From: an uncultured Gammaproteobacteria bacterium
GTDB lineage: Bacteria; Patescibacteriota; Microgenomatia; Levybacterales; UBA12049
DNA length: 64,000 nt
Assembly: GCA_965230895.1 (NCBI GenBank)
Contig: OZ246394.1
Span: forward strand, 1,313,887-1,377,886
Reading direction: 5' to 3'
The notes under the pieces were generated by a model. It was not told where the DNA came from. It did no database searches and was given only the letters and a program-made list of their open reading frames with translations. Position numbers and translations under genes: made by a program. Below are positions 27,001 to 30,756 of the stretch, in pieces (the first letter of the stretch is position 1; each line of letters opens with the position of its first letter).

Positions 27001-29897
27001 GATATCTGACTTGCATCAAAGATGAACCGCTTTGAAGTATCTGTATCGTCAACGAAGTAGGTAGTCAAATCAGTCAATGATTTGTTACTGAGAGTCTGTG
27101 TTTGATTCTGGAAAACGAATGTATCGTTGCTTGTGAGAGCCGGTAGTGTTGCGATTCGAGATGAAGAAGGGGCGATTGAGTTGATTGTAGTAGTATTTCC
27201 AGATCCAAGAACCAATTGATTTGAGGTTGCGAGAGAGGAAAGTGTGCCATTTTCGCTTATGGTTAATGTATTAACGCCGCCTGATTGGATAGCCAAAGCG
27301 ATATTTGTTGCTGCATTAGTATCGTTGATAACGAATGCATTATCGGTTCCTGCATTAGTCAATCGGAATGAAGCATCATCAGTAAGCGTATCAGCAAGTG
27401 TAAATGAAATATCTCGAGCATCAGTTGTGAGGATTGTATTGCCAGAATTATACGCTTGCTGCAATGTAACAGCTGCAGCGTTTGCAGGACATTGAACCAA
27501 TTGGTTTGTGACATTGTCTCGGCAGACTGTTGTTGCAGTATTAAGCGTCGTATTAAGTACTGAAAGTTGCGTCTCACTGCCGAGAACGATACTTCCTGAT
27601 CCGGCAGAGAGGGTGAGCGCCTCATTTCCTGTGGTTGCGATATCAGTTGCAGCTCCAGTAAAGAGTAATCCACCTGCTCCGATTGTCTTGTTGGTGAGTG
27701 TCTGAGCTTGATTCTCGAAGACGATTGTATCGTTTGCGCTGAGTGATGGGATACTGACGATTCTTTGAGCTGCTTGCGCGTTAGCATTGAAGACTACGTT
27801 ATTGCCAGTTGGTCCAAGTGAGAGTTGATTACTGCTATCTGATAGGTGAGCTGAAGATCCATTAAGGATTCCAGAACAAGTGATGTTGCCTGACGCATTG
27901 GTGATTGTACAACCAGTTGCTGCTGCTCCGCCAGCTAAAGCGACATCACCAGCACCGTTGACTGAAAGAGCTGTCGCTCCAGTGTTTTCATTGGTTAATG
28001 AAAGAGTGTTATTGTCAACAACAATCGCATAATCATTTTCTCCTCCAACTCCTCCTGTTATATCTTCAAACCGTAATGATGGGTCAGTATTTGAAATAGT
28101 GATATCTCCATCTGAAGTTGCTGCACCAGAAAGGTAAAGGTTTCGGAATCGCTTTGTTGCAGATCCAAGATCATAAACAGCATCTGCATCAGGTCCGATA
28201 TTTCCACCCACTTCTACGAGAAAATCCCCTGAAGGGTTTGTGCCGATTCCTACGTTTCCATTTGGTATGAGGAGGTTTCCTCCTCCCGTATCCAGTTGGA
28301 GATTTCCACTGTTATCCGTGGCAATCGTCGGATCAGGCGAACCATTGCCAGCAGAGTAAAGGGTGAGACTGCCAGATGTTCCTCCCAATCCAGTATTGTT
28401 CGTACCGAGAGCGAGAGCTCCTGTTGCTGAGTTAAAGAAGAGCGTCGCGTTACCGATTGTTCCATTTCCTCCGAGGATAAAGTCGTTAGCAGTTGAAGTA
28501 GGGCGGATGTAGTCGCCATATGTTGAATCGTTATCAACGATGAATGGAGTAACACCTGCTGAAGTGATCGCATTGTCGAGATCTTCAAGTACTTGTTGTA
28601 AATTAGTTGAACTAGCATTTGCGAAACTATCGTAGACGCCGACTAAGTTTGCACCTGAAGTATTTGCATCTGAACCTTCTGCATCAAGCGCGATTGAAGA
28701 CCAAGCTGGAAGACCATTTACTACCTGGAGGATTTTTCCATCTGTATCTCCAATTGGAAGCGCATCTAATTCATTGTTTCCTGAAGCAAAAAGTATGTCA
28801 CCAGTATTATATGAAGTCATACCAGTGCCTCCGTTGGCAACTGAAACTGTGCCATTGATAGCGCCAGCATCAACTGAGCCTCCAGGACCAATCGTTATAT
28901 TATTAGAAACAGCAACGTCTGTTATACAAGAAGCACAAGTTCCTCGTGCAACAACATCTCCAAGGGTAGAGATATCACTTATTGTTAATCCATCAATAGC
29001 AATTCCGTCACCTGATTGAAGTTCTATTTCGCCAGTTTCACCTTGAAGTGATGTTACTGTTTCAGCCTCAGGAGGAAGCTCAACCGAAATAGTAGGGTTT
29101 TGCTTATCTCCTGAAAGGACAATATTGTCTCCAGCCACGATGCTGTAGAGGATATTTGGAGCTGTAAGATCGCCTGTGAATTCACCTGTACCACCAACCT
29201 TGAGATCCTTATCGATCGTCGTGTTCCCATCAACCTCAAGGTTCTTTTTCACAGAGACGTTTTCCTTGAAAATGACCGGCAAAGCGAATGTAACATTTCC
29301 CGCAAGTTTTACTTTACTCGTCTCAGCAGCTAAGACTTCGCCATCTTGCGCAGAAGCAGTCCTGTAGTCGGTTGTCTCAAAGAGGAATCTGAACTTGTCT
29401 TGATTGCTGATGCCCACAAGTCCCAAAACAAGCAAAATCGTTGTAGTAATTGCGAGAGTTTTTGTCGATGGGACATGGAATTTGAAGCTGAGAGAATCGG
29501 AGATTTGTGCCTTGATGTGGTCTTTGATGAAATCGTCTTCGTAAAACCCATTACCGATCCAGTTCACTAGCCTTCGGTAAAAATCCGCCTTGGCGATTTT
29601 GTCAGGTAGGGTAGCAGGCTCTGAAACTACCTTTGCCAACTCAGATTCCATCTGCCCTGATGGGGTATCTGAAGCGTTGACTACTTCACCTTGTGCAGCC
29701 AAGTTTGAAGCCTTTTGAATTTCGAGAAAGTTCTCAAGCTGTTCCTCCGTGTACCCAATCTGCCCGTCATGGGTAATCGTAGGTTTGAGAATGTGAAGCT
29801 GGTTCCATTTGAGCAGCGTGTCAGTTGAGACTGCTAGTCGTTTAGCAGCCTCTTGAAGAGTGAGCAATTTAGGAGTTTTTGGACGGGCAGAATCCAT
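1..29897 (-). CDS. Giant membrane-anchored repetitive surface fibre/adhesin (>=9,965 aa, 3' end outside window) with N-terminal MerR/excisionase-like HTH
   Basis: First ATG at 29897, with an in-frame TGA upstream at 29994-29996. Manual translation starts MDSARPKTPKLLTLQEAAKRLAVSTDTLLKWNQLHILKP... The same frame (codons at plus positions 3k..3k+2) reads ...TLQSSY at positions 20-3. The ORF track lists no stop-terminated ORF in this frame across 30 kb, consistent with one open frame lacking a stop in the window. Hydrophobic stretch LAITTTILLVLGLVGI at 29409-29456. Confidence 0.93.
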   Translation of the reverse strand, partial: MDSARPKTPKLLTLQEAAKRLAVSTDTLLKWNQLHILKPTITHDGQIGYTEEQLENFLEIQKASNLAAQGEVVNASDTPSGQMESELAKVVSEPATLPDKIAKADFYRRLVNWIGNGFYEDDFIKDHIKAQISDSLSFKFHVPSTKTLAITTTILLVLGLVGISNQDKFRFLFETTDYRTASAQDGEVLAAETSKVKLAGNVTFALPVIFKENVSVKKNLEVDGNTTIDKDLKVGGTGEFTGDLTAPNILYSIVAGDNIVLSGDKQNPTISVELPPEAETVTSLQGETGEIELQSGDGIAIDGLTISDISTLGDVVARGTCASCITDVAVSNNITIGPGGSVDAGAINGTVSVANGGTGMTSYNTGDILFASGNNELDALPIGDTDGKILQVVNGLPAWSSIALDAEGSDANTSGANLVGVYDSFANASSTNLQQVLEDLDNAITSAGVTPFIVDNDSTYGDYIRPTSTANDFILGGNGTIGNATLFFNSATGALALGTNNTGLGGTSGSLTLYSAGNGSPDPTIATDNSGNLQLDTGGGNLLIPNGNVGIGTNPSGDFLVEVGGNIGPDADAVYDLGSATKRFRNLYLSGAATSDGDITISNTDPSLRFEDITGGVGGENDYAIVVDNNTLSLTNENTGATALSVNGAGDVALAGGAAATGCTITNASGNITCSGILNGSSAHLSDSSNQLSLGPTGNNVVFNANAQAAQRIVSIPSLSANDTIVFENQAQTLTNKTIGAGGLLFTGAATDIATTGNEALTLSAGSGSIVLGSETQLSVLNTTLNTATTVCRDNVTNQLVQCPANAAAVTLQQAYNSGNTILTTDARDISFTLADTLTDDASFRLTNAGTDNAFVINDTNAATNIALAIQSGGVNTLTISENGTLSSLATSNQLVLGSGNTTTINSIAPSSSRIATLPALTSNDTFVFQNQTQTLSNKSLTDLTTYFVDDTDTSKRFIFDASQISTGTTRVLTVPDASGAICVTSGNCAGTGGVVGGQGNQYRLARFIDPGLASNIGDSNITDNGTVIGALSGVEIGDQSGTDTLTLNRVGNATVGSQTQNSNLVTFQGAYWNGSSSTNVGFSLQNQVTGTGPAYELSFQNNSGTEVASLGSTGQLTLAGPLQLTTLNTSLNTATTVCRDNVTNQLIQCPANAANVDLQQAYQAGNTISADDTFGDVDFTLANGSSRQFTLTNAGTGASAFVINDTNGANQLALDIQSNGTSTLTVNENGNLITTGTISSGSITTSGNIVLSGVSSTLTSGTNQNLTLSPNGTGEIVLGKTTQLSVLNTTTNSATTICRDDVTNQLVQCPANAAEVTLQQAYDAGNTIDTSDGRNISFNLAGGLTTPTSFEINNDGDATGLIITSAADGDGLLFNDTSLAVNNALVVQSNGVTNLTITEDGALTSTGNLSTSGNIATTGTGTITSAGLLTASNGLSVNNGTTISGGLDNTNGGIINAGAITGITNLTASGTIQGASLNATGAIQLNGADINTAGTLNNVAYLNQANVFTAGQTISTGGLSITAGGVTVAAGGANITGGINNNIGGITNAGAISGATTISSGAISTTGTLTFLGVSTDITSGTDQDITIDANGLGQTIINDLLQVPNLSATAGNTVVCRNAANQLSVCSSNALNVTLQQAYDAGNTITTTDNRNIAFVLADTATDSSFTIQNQGTANGVVINDTNAGNGSNGTALAIQSNGTNSLTIGENGNLVTTGTLTSQATTNQIILGSGNTTTISALASSAPRVATLPALSADDTFVFANQAQTLNNKTIGTTGLVFDNAALDITTGNNQDLTLEASASGEIILNDLVRVPTLSGNVGSTVVCRNSDNQLAICSSNALNVTLQQAYNAGNTITTTDGRDIAFTLADTATDASFTLTNAGTASAFVLDNTNGATGTAIDIRNNGSTTLTINELGTLSTTGNISTTGTGTITSAGLLTASNAFTVTTGTATFGGDIAANGNFTQSGANIFSTGTGNVSLNGNTSVTGTNTFSVGTGATTLGGSLGVTGATNLNSTLDVASLATFNGGVTVSNGQALNASGAATFAPSGTNDVVFNTDADSTVQFNGLQTTAGNALCIDGSNNLALCNGAPFGLQAAYNTGNTIVTTDARNISFTLADVATDTSFTLENQGAASAFIINDTNVGTPNKSLVLQSGGVETLSIDENGNLATSGNLSTTGTGAITSAGLLTASNGFTQTTGALNLTATSGALNLSGLSASSINTGVNNLLITSGNLNVTATGINGTAIGATTPSTAAFTTLSSTGNTTLASAGSFTAGNDANALTLNGSTITANLTDNATDALDIQEGTNNYFNIDTTDGAEVIALGNAATNPIFNFLGTGAATFGGDINANANFTQAGAGTFSTGTGAVSLNGATAVTGANTFTVGTGLTSLGGQLDVTDLATFNGGVNVVAGTNFNASGSAVFAPDDTNDILFETDNNSTITINGLQSTGGTTGTALCLDDDNVLGYCSGSPFGLQSAYDTGNTIVTTNNRSIDFTLSSGLTTATSFNLTNNGNATGFNVVNAGTGTAIVINDTNVGTANTALSIQSGGNPSLTIDEDGVLATIGSITANSDINANSGVLATNAGAASIFNTSATTINLGGDATTISIGAATGETTINNDLVVSGTFNSNGISNVGDGGDAVNINGTNVTLTANGASSTISNNIVNNLANAFSVTQGANNYISVNTTTGAQNIAFGNMTTNPTFSFNSTGLATFGGSIAVNGGDITTTASSVNLFNTNATSLNLGGDATSVNIGANTGTTTINNNGVLAGTLAINGGSLTSDDSTFNLLNAGVTTLNFGGAATTLSIGAATGTTTVNNALTITGNTTANGDFTANGAVLLQPSGTDGVTIVSDADSFLNLPGLTTPMTSNSTLCIDASDNVVKCPPSASTLQSAYDGGNTITTSDGRDISFTLADTATDSKFIITTATGSTGGTEFIRADGVGASDPNQMVLIDNADADRILPIGLRITSSGTSGVTTAIDVSDPTIVTAIALGANDISGTNFSVNGSNGNITSAGNVAVNGGSLTTTAGTGNVFNANVTTLNIGAAATSVNIGAASGTMTINNATLSLPNATAIDAGSAALTIDSVTIGGGYGSTGTTLTNTGNISANGNLIIDGTSTLTGNITSAGDLALNGGDLTTSATTFNLINATAATVNFAGAATTLNIGANTGTTTINNNLTVSDDLLVTGQTTLTPSGTNDIILNTDLDSGLYVTGLPTATGNLVCIDNGTDQITKCASNAISLQSAYDGGNTIETTNAKDIAFTLTDTATDANFVITTESGSTGSTQFIREDGNGTNDPTQLVLIDNADTDRVLPVGLTISSSGGGGITTGIDLSDPTIVTGISLGVSGIAGTNFSVDGATGSITSNGDLTLNGNDITTGTTGTATIFNTNATTLNIGGAATTYTLGATSGTGNIRGTTINFPNATALNASSALGSFDSLSVGGSYGSTGLSITNTGNLSANGNLTIDGTSTLTGNVTAGADLAVNGGDITTTAGTASIFNANATTLNIGNAATTLSIGANTGTTTVNNGLTVEGDLTANSNVVFNPAGTSSITFNTDNDSPLIITGLPTASGTLVCIDAGTSQVTKCAADAISLQSAYVGGNTITTTNNRDIAFTLADTATDSKFTITTADGATGGTEFVRADGSGTNDPAQLVLIDNADTDRVLPIGLKISSSGGGGITTALDVSDASIVTAIALGANDISGTNFSVAGGTGNITSGGDLALNGGDITTTSGTASIFNANATTLNIGSAATTISIGATTGTATIRNATVSFLGTTFNANSATASFDALNVGNGYGSTGLTVTNTGNVSANGNLIIDGTSTLTGDITSGGDLALNGGDITTSSTGIASLFNANATTLNIGGDATVVSIGDDTGLTTINNSLTVDNDLTANGTSTFTPAGTGNVTINTDTDSGFYVTGLDAAPNGLLVCVDNSTGQINKCASDAISLQSAYTGGNTINTTDGRDIAFTLANTATDANFTITTADGSTGFTSFTRANGAGTSDPTQLILVDNLDTDRAVAAGIKIQSAAGGITNALDLSDAEIVNALSLGANNVTATNFSIAGASGDITTSGDVAVNGGDITTTQTTGNLFNTNVTTLNLGGDATTINVGASTGTIAINNQTISLPNATAINAGGALATLDAANLGGGYGSTGVSISNAGTIQANGNLTIDGTSTLTGNITSAGDLALNGGDLTTTSPTFNLINANATTVNFAGAATTLSIGAGTGTTTVNNALTITGNTTANANFTANGQSTFNPSGTNGVNITTDADSFLNVSGLTTAAGDVVCIDGSNNVVKCADSSISLQSAYDAGNTINTTSGRNIAFNLSDDATDSNFIVTTATGSTGGTQFIRADGVGSNDPTQLVLIDNADSDQILPIGLTISSTGGGGITTALDVSDASIVTAIALGANDITGTNFSVDGSNGNITSAGNIAVNGGNITTTQSSANIFNSNATTLNIGGAATSLTIGATTGTANIRNATINFANATSFNAPNAAAQFSSIAVGGGYGDTGVTLSSAGNIQANGTLTVDGASTLTGNITSSGDLALNGGDITTTALTASLFNTNATTVNIGGAATVISLGAATGTTTVNNDLAVTGTGTFTGALTANDSFDANGQSTFSPAGTTGVTINTDGDSFLTLTGLTTPGVAGTTLCLDASDNVTKCGGATFSLQAAYNGGNTINTTDARDIAFTLTNTATDSNFTVTSATGSTGNVQFLRADGSGTNDPSELVLIQNLDTDRALPVGLRIAGVTGGDVTTAIDLSDANIVNAIDFGDNDIVGTQLSITGSTGQITTSGDIAVNGGDITTTSGTANVFNTDATTLNIGGAGTAITIGATTGTTTIRNATLSLPNATTINALQATANIDALNVGDGYGSTGATIANNGNIQTNGTLTVDGVSTLTGNVTAASDLAINGGDLTSSATTFNLLNAGVTTLNIGGAATSVNIGAGTGTTTVNNALNVTGLATFNGGATVPSGQTFTANGISTFTPDGSNDVTINTDSDSFLTITGLTTATGNLLCIDGSDNVTKCSAGSVSLQGAYNGGNTINTTNNRDISFTLADTGTDANFTITTATGATGGTQFLRADGVGTNNPDQLVLIQNLDADQALPVGLKIAGVTGGDVTTAIDLSDANIVTAIDLGANDIAGTNFSVDGSNGNITSAGDAAINGGDITTLATSANIFNTNATTLNIGGAATSLNLGAATGTATINNDTVVLSNATAFDALSALARIDSLEVGGGYGSTGATIANNGNISTNGTLTVDGISTLTGNTTVGGTLGVTGATTLSSTLAVTGNTTMTGDLAVNGGDITTSATTFNLINGTATTVNFAGAATNLTIGGTTGTATIRNDQVVLSNATAFDALGALARVDGLQVGGGYGATGVTVSNTGNIQANGNLTIDGTSTLTGNVTAAGDVAINGGDLTTNQTTFNLLNTNATTLNIGGVATNVNLGAGSGRTTLNNNLTANIVDNSADALDIQEGTNNYINVDTTDGAENISFGNSSTNPTYTFSGTGLATFASNIAVNGGTIQTSATTANVFNATATTLNVGGAATSLNLGATTGTATINNATLSLPNATAINAANALATIGSLSVGGGYGSTGVSVSGTGNIQANGTLTVDGTSTLTGDITSAGDLALNGGDLTTTAGSASLFNTNATTVNIGGAATVISLGAASGTTTVNNDLAVTGTGTFTGDLTANDAFTANGASTFSPASANDVVINTDTDSFLTVTGLQTVTGSLLCIDGSDNIVKCSQGSISLQSAYNGGNSITTTDNRNIAFNLADTTTDANFTVTTAAGSEGYSYFGLADGANTAPANQLVLIENADADDAVAAGLRIQSENGGITTALDVSDAEIVNALAIGANNITGTNFSVDGGNGNVTTSGNVAVNGGTLSTSATTANLFNTGATALNVGGAATTLNIGATTGTANIRNATVALPNATAFDALSALARVDGLQVGGGYGSTGVSISNTGNIQANGTLTVDGASTLTGNVTTAGDVAVNGGDLTTTAGTFNLVNANATAVNFAGAATSLSIGAATGTTTVNNALTATGLITANDGITVATGETLTANGQSTFNPDGTNGVTVNTDADSFLKVTGLTTATGQTVCIDGADNIVKCSAASITLQSAYDGGNTINTTDGRDISFNLTNTATDSNFSVTTAAGSTGSSYFGLADGANSTNPAQLVLIENADTDDALATGLRIQSAAGGITTALDVSDAEIGTALAFGANDITGTNFSVTGSNGNVTTSGTITATGNINANSGTLATTQATGNLFNATATTLNIGGAATTVNIGAASGTMTINNATLSLPNATAINAANAIATIDSSVLGGGYGSTGISLANNGDISANGNLIIDGTSTLTGDVTTAGDLAVDGGDITTSAGTASIFNTNATTLNIGGAATAISLGAGTGTTTVNNALTATGLATFNGGATVATGQTFTANGASTFSPSGTNDVTINTDTDSSLILTGLATATGNALCLDGSNAVTLCNGAPFGLQAAYNTGNTIATTDARDIAFTLANTTTDSNFTVTTAAGSTGYSYFGLANGTNTTSPSQLVLVENLDVNEALSTGIRIQSAAGGITTAIDLSDAEIVNALSLGANDVTATNFSINGGNGNITTAGDVTVNGGDVTTTNATASLFNANATTLNIGAAATAINIGASTGTMTINNETLSLPNATAINAANAALTIDSVAIGGGYGSTGVSISNAGTIQANGNLTIDGTSTLTGNVTTAGDVAVNGGDITTTAGTASLFNANATTLNIGGDATAITLGAGSGTTTLNNNLTANLVDNNADAFDIQEGSNNYININTTDGAENISFGNTTTNPTYSFLGTGAATFGGNVAVNGGSITTTATTANLLNANATTVNFAGAATTLNIGASTGTATINNATLSLPNATAINAASAVATLDSAVLGGGYGSTGVSISNAGNIQANGNLTIDGTSTLTGNVTTAGDVAVNGGDLTTTSGTFNLVNANATTLNIGGAATTLAIGANTGTMTINNATLSLPNATAINAGSAALTIDSLVVGGGYGSTGVSISNTGNIQANGNLTIDGTSTLTGNVTAAGDAAVNGGDITTTAGTASLFNTNATTVNIAGAATVVNLGSSTGTTNVNNDLLVDGTTTATGLATFNGGATVATGQTLTANGQSTFSPDGTNGVTINTDADSFLTLTGLTTPVSAGSQLCVDGSNNVTKCSGNTVTLQSAYNGGNTINTTDGRDLAFTLSDTTTDANFTVTTAAGSEGYSYFGLANGTNSAPAGQVILVENADSNEAIAAGIKIQAAAGGITNALDLSDADIVNALSLGANDVAATNFSIAGGTGNITTAGDVAVNGGDLTTTNATAALFNTNATTLNVGGAATTLNIGANTGTANINNATINFANAIAINAGSAALTIDSVTIGGGYGSTGTTLANNGNISANGNLIIDGTSTLTGDVTATGDIALNGGDLTTSATTFNLVNGNATTVNFAGAATALSIGSGTGTTNVNNNLLVDGTTTSTGLATFNGGATIASGQSFIANGGSTFSPNGTNDITINTDTDSLLTITGLQTLTGSALCIDGSNTVAVCSADSITLQSAYNGGNTINSTDGRDIAFTLENTTTDSNFTVTTATGSTGGSQFVRADGAGAADPTQLVLIQNQDVNRALPTALRIAGVSGGAVTTAIDLSDANIVNALSLGANDVAATNFSIDGSNGNITTSGTVTATGNINANSGTLATTQTTANLFNATATTLNVGGAATTVNIGAATGTMNLNNATVNLANATAFDALTALARVDGLQVGGGYGSTGVTISNAGNIQANGTLTVDGISTLTGNVTASGDVAINGGDLTTTAGTFNLVNANATTVNIAGAATAISLGAGTGTTNINNDLLVDGTTIATGLFTANGGATVATGQTFTANGQSTFSPNSTNDVVINTDTDSFLQVTGLTTATGSTLCVDGSDNVVKCSAASITLQSAYNGGNTISTTDARNIGFTLADTATDANFTITTADGSTGFTSFTRADGVGTNDPAQLILVDNEDTDRAVAAGIKIQAAAGGITNALDLSDADIVNALSLGANDVAATNFSIAGATGNISTSGTITATGNITTSGDVAVNGGDITTNASTFNIANGTATTVNVGGAATSLVLGASTGTATINNQTLSLPNATAINAGSATLAIDAVNVGNGYGSTGTTLSSNGNIQSNGNLTVDGTSTLTGDVTTAGNLAVNGGSITTNATTANLFNSTATTVNIGGAASTNFAGGYGSTGATIASNGDVSANGNLTIDGTSTLTGNVTTSGDIAVNGGDITSNQSTLNINAGGTVAIDDNITVTGTVSNSAGNLVLDDTTDIGSAAQGIRITPTGGISDIDGDLTLNDNTIVDGTLVVTGAISDSNSSLNLNDNTDVTGDFTVSGRTTLGSVTQGDGTLNVTGSQVGKALVILNETGDQNILTASASGTTVLNIGRTGNLQIEGSLSDLSENTLNVDDNLSITGNLSLTGTVSNSAGNLVLDDTTDIGSATTGLRVSTAGSISDIDGDVSIADNLNLNGTIANSGGNVVLDDIVDLGSATTGLRIATSGEITDIDGNVSINDTLDLSGNFAQSGAYTFTTGTGAVTLNGNTSVSGSNTFSVGTGLTSLGGAATITGTTTLNGALIANGTANFTNAAGITVGEDIASGTSNTPGAIKLISDGDNAYSTSFITGTQTEDITYTLPIDNGGTNYVLSTDGSGNLSWQSAAGVGAGTIVGVGNVLTGSAFTGNDSSAQKGNNLTFEGSTSVNDGNDITVTAVNPASSLTFTLPDLGTNGTFAFLEGSQTFTGSKTFNDIVLADAAIALTGGNTTLDITGGATRTLSLENSTGGQVANLDLTDGSLFTGSTSRLTNAGGLENITNYAQTAGNFDITGAGTFSTGTGAISLNGDTTLAANTDFTIAAGTGAVNFLNTSGISIGEDVAPGSSNTPGQFSVVSDGDNAYSTTFVASTQTENIIYTLPTDAGGTNYVLATDGNGVLSWQSASGVGAGTITGVGNVLTGSAFTGNDSSANKGNNLVFEGSTSTDDGNDITVTAVNPAASRTYTLPDLGTNGTFAFLEGTQTFTGAKTFADLSISDTNVAFTGGNTTLDITGGGTRTLSLENSTGGQVANLDLTDGSLFTGGTSRLTNAGALENITGYTQTAGNFAQSGSGTFSTGTGAVSLNGATSVTGANTFTVGTGLTSLGGQLGVASYATFSASLDVAGNTNLNAALNVDGATTLNDALSVDGVATFNNNIAQTGASTFSTGTGAVTLNGDTTLVSGKTLTTTGSFVANGQSTFTPSGTNDLVINTDTDSFLNITGLATATGTQLCIDASNNVTKCSAASSTLQGSYVGGNTIDTLDARDIAFTLTDTATDSNFTITTAAGSTGYTYFGLADGSNPSSPAQLQLIENLDVNEALTAGIRIQSAAGGITTAIDLSDSDIVTALALGANDVSATNFSITGSNGNIATAGQVTIGGGYGSTGTTLAANGDVSANGNLTVDGTSNLTGNVTTSGNVAVNGGSLTTTAGTANVFNTGATTVNFAGAATNVQIGAGTGSTTVNNAFNATGLATLNGGATIPTGQTLTANGTSTFSPNGTNDVTINTDTDSFLTLTGLTTPGTAGNALCLDASDNVTKCSASTFTLQGAYDGGNTLTTTDARNIEFTLTDTATDANFTITTADGSTGFTSFTRANGAGTTDPAQMILVDNQDTNRAVAAGIKIQAAAGGITNALDLSDAEIVNALSLGANDVTATNFSIAGGSGDITTAGDVAVNGGDITTTAATVNLFTTNATTLNVGSAATAVTIGAATGTTTINNATVNFANATSFTAPSAAATLNSLQVGGGYGSTGTTLSNAGDIQSNGNLTIDGTSTLTGNVTTAGDAAINGGDLTSSAGTFNLLNSGVTNLNIGGAATAISIGAGTGTTTVNNALTVTGLITANGGATIASGQTFTANGISTFSPNGTNDVTVNTDSDSFLVLTGLTTDLGTALCVDGSDNVVKCSAASNTLQSSY
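3..27470 (-). repeat. Intragenic long repeat (~350-375 aa core unit), about 23 anchors of Cys-x9/10-Cys followed by (T/S/G)LQxAYxxGNTIxTTxxRDIxFTLxDTATD
   Basis: Anchors read at ~3, 1083, 1970, 6102, 7230, 8337, 10440, 11547, 12636, 14784, 15876, 16968, 18033, 19089, 20145, 21198, 22446, 23589, 24336, 24963, 25917, 26397 and 27438. One unit (1109 to 21) is 1089 bp = 363 aa. Copies are diverged at the DNA level. Confidence 0.9.
2560..4070 (-). repeat. Tandem duplicate (~830 bp period) of a phage-tail-fibre-like module inside the giant ORF
   Basis: IYTLPTDAGGTNYVLATDGNGVLSWQSASGVGAGTITGVGN (~2986-3108) and ITYTLPIDNGGTNYVLSTDGSGNLSWQSAAGVGAGTIVGVGN (~3813-3938). Each is followed by ...NDITVTAVNPA...TLPDLGTNGTFAFLEGxQTFTGxKTF. 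Confidence 0.85.
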
Positions 29898-29968
29898 GTG
29901 TTTTACAAGATAAGTTCGAGAGCTAGAGGATTTAGGCTTATAAAAATATAAAACTCTAGCCTTATCTA

Positions 29969-29997
29969 ACTTTATTATTATTAATATAGGTAGTCAA
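29969..29997 (-). promoter_or_regulatory. Putative sigma70 promoter of the giant gene
   Basis: Minus strand TTGACT (29997-29992), 17 bp spacer, TAAAGT (29974-29969), about 70 nt upstream of the ATG. Confidence 0.55.
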
Positions 29998-30756
29998 GTA
30001 GGAATTTACATGTTTCTTACGTTGAAAAGACTTAGAGTAAATTGCTCAACAATAGCCTGAGTAGGGAATTGATATATTTTGAAGCTTTATAGTGCGATTT
30101 TATATCATCAAAAAAACAAATGTAAGAAAATGCATTTTGTAAATAATTTTACAGCTCAATTCACGGATAACAGCCCAAAATGGCGGAGTAATTTAGTTTT
30201 TAATATACCGTGATTATTTAGGAACTTGTGAAACAAAAATGTGAAAAGAAAAGACAACAAAAACACGAAAATTAGCATTTCTATAACTTTTCATATTTGT
30301 CTATAGTCATGAATACTGAGTCACACTACAGACAGTAGGGTGTTTTGGCAGAATTTATGCTGTTATGCTAATGATTTTTATGAGTGATTTAGATTGATAT
30401 TTCAGTATTTATTGAATGAGTATACTTCATAAAGTAAAGTGGTTTCTCAAAGTGTTCAAAATCCTCATTATTTAGCCTCAAAAAGTGGACAAATGACGGA
30501 GGCGTTTTACTATAGCAACTTAATGTAATAAATTAGTCTTGATTTTGAAAGTATTCTCAAGCATATGAATTCGGACGTCATAGAATCGCTTATTAGCTAT
30601 GTAAAAGGCGATAAGACGACCATTTCATCGTTTCTTAACACACTTTTTTTTGAAACAGTTTGTTCAGTGAATGGAGTTGCTTTTCTTTAGAACCGTTAGC
30701 GTAATGTACTTTACTACATAAAGCAGAAGAGATGGGAAGATCCTGTGGCCTCAGTG

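Noticed and set aside
1-27470. CRISPR array or DNA tandem repeat
   Set aside because: Repeats are about 1.1 kb, conserved at protein level with synonymous divergence; there are no identical short repeats with unique spacers and no cas genes.
226-29570. Dozens of plus-strand Val/Pro/Ala-rich ORFs and short minus-strand Gln/Leu/Met-rich ORFs in the ORF track
   Set aside because: They are antisense or out-of-frame shadows of the single giant minus-strand ORF and repeat with its periodicity.
1-29897. Prophage tail gene
   Set aside because: Tail-fibre motifs are present, but no terminase, capsid, portal or lysis genes occur in the window, and the protein has a membrane anchor.
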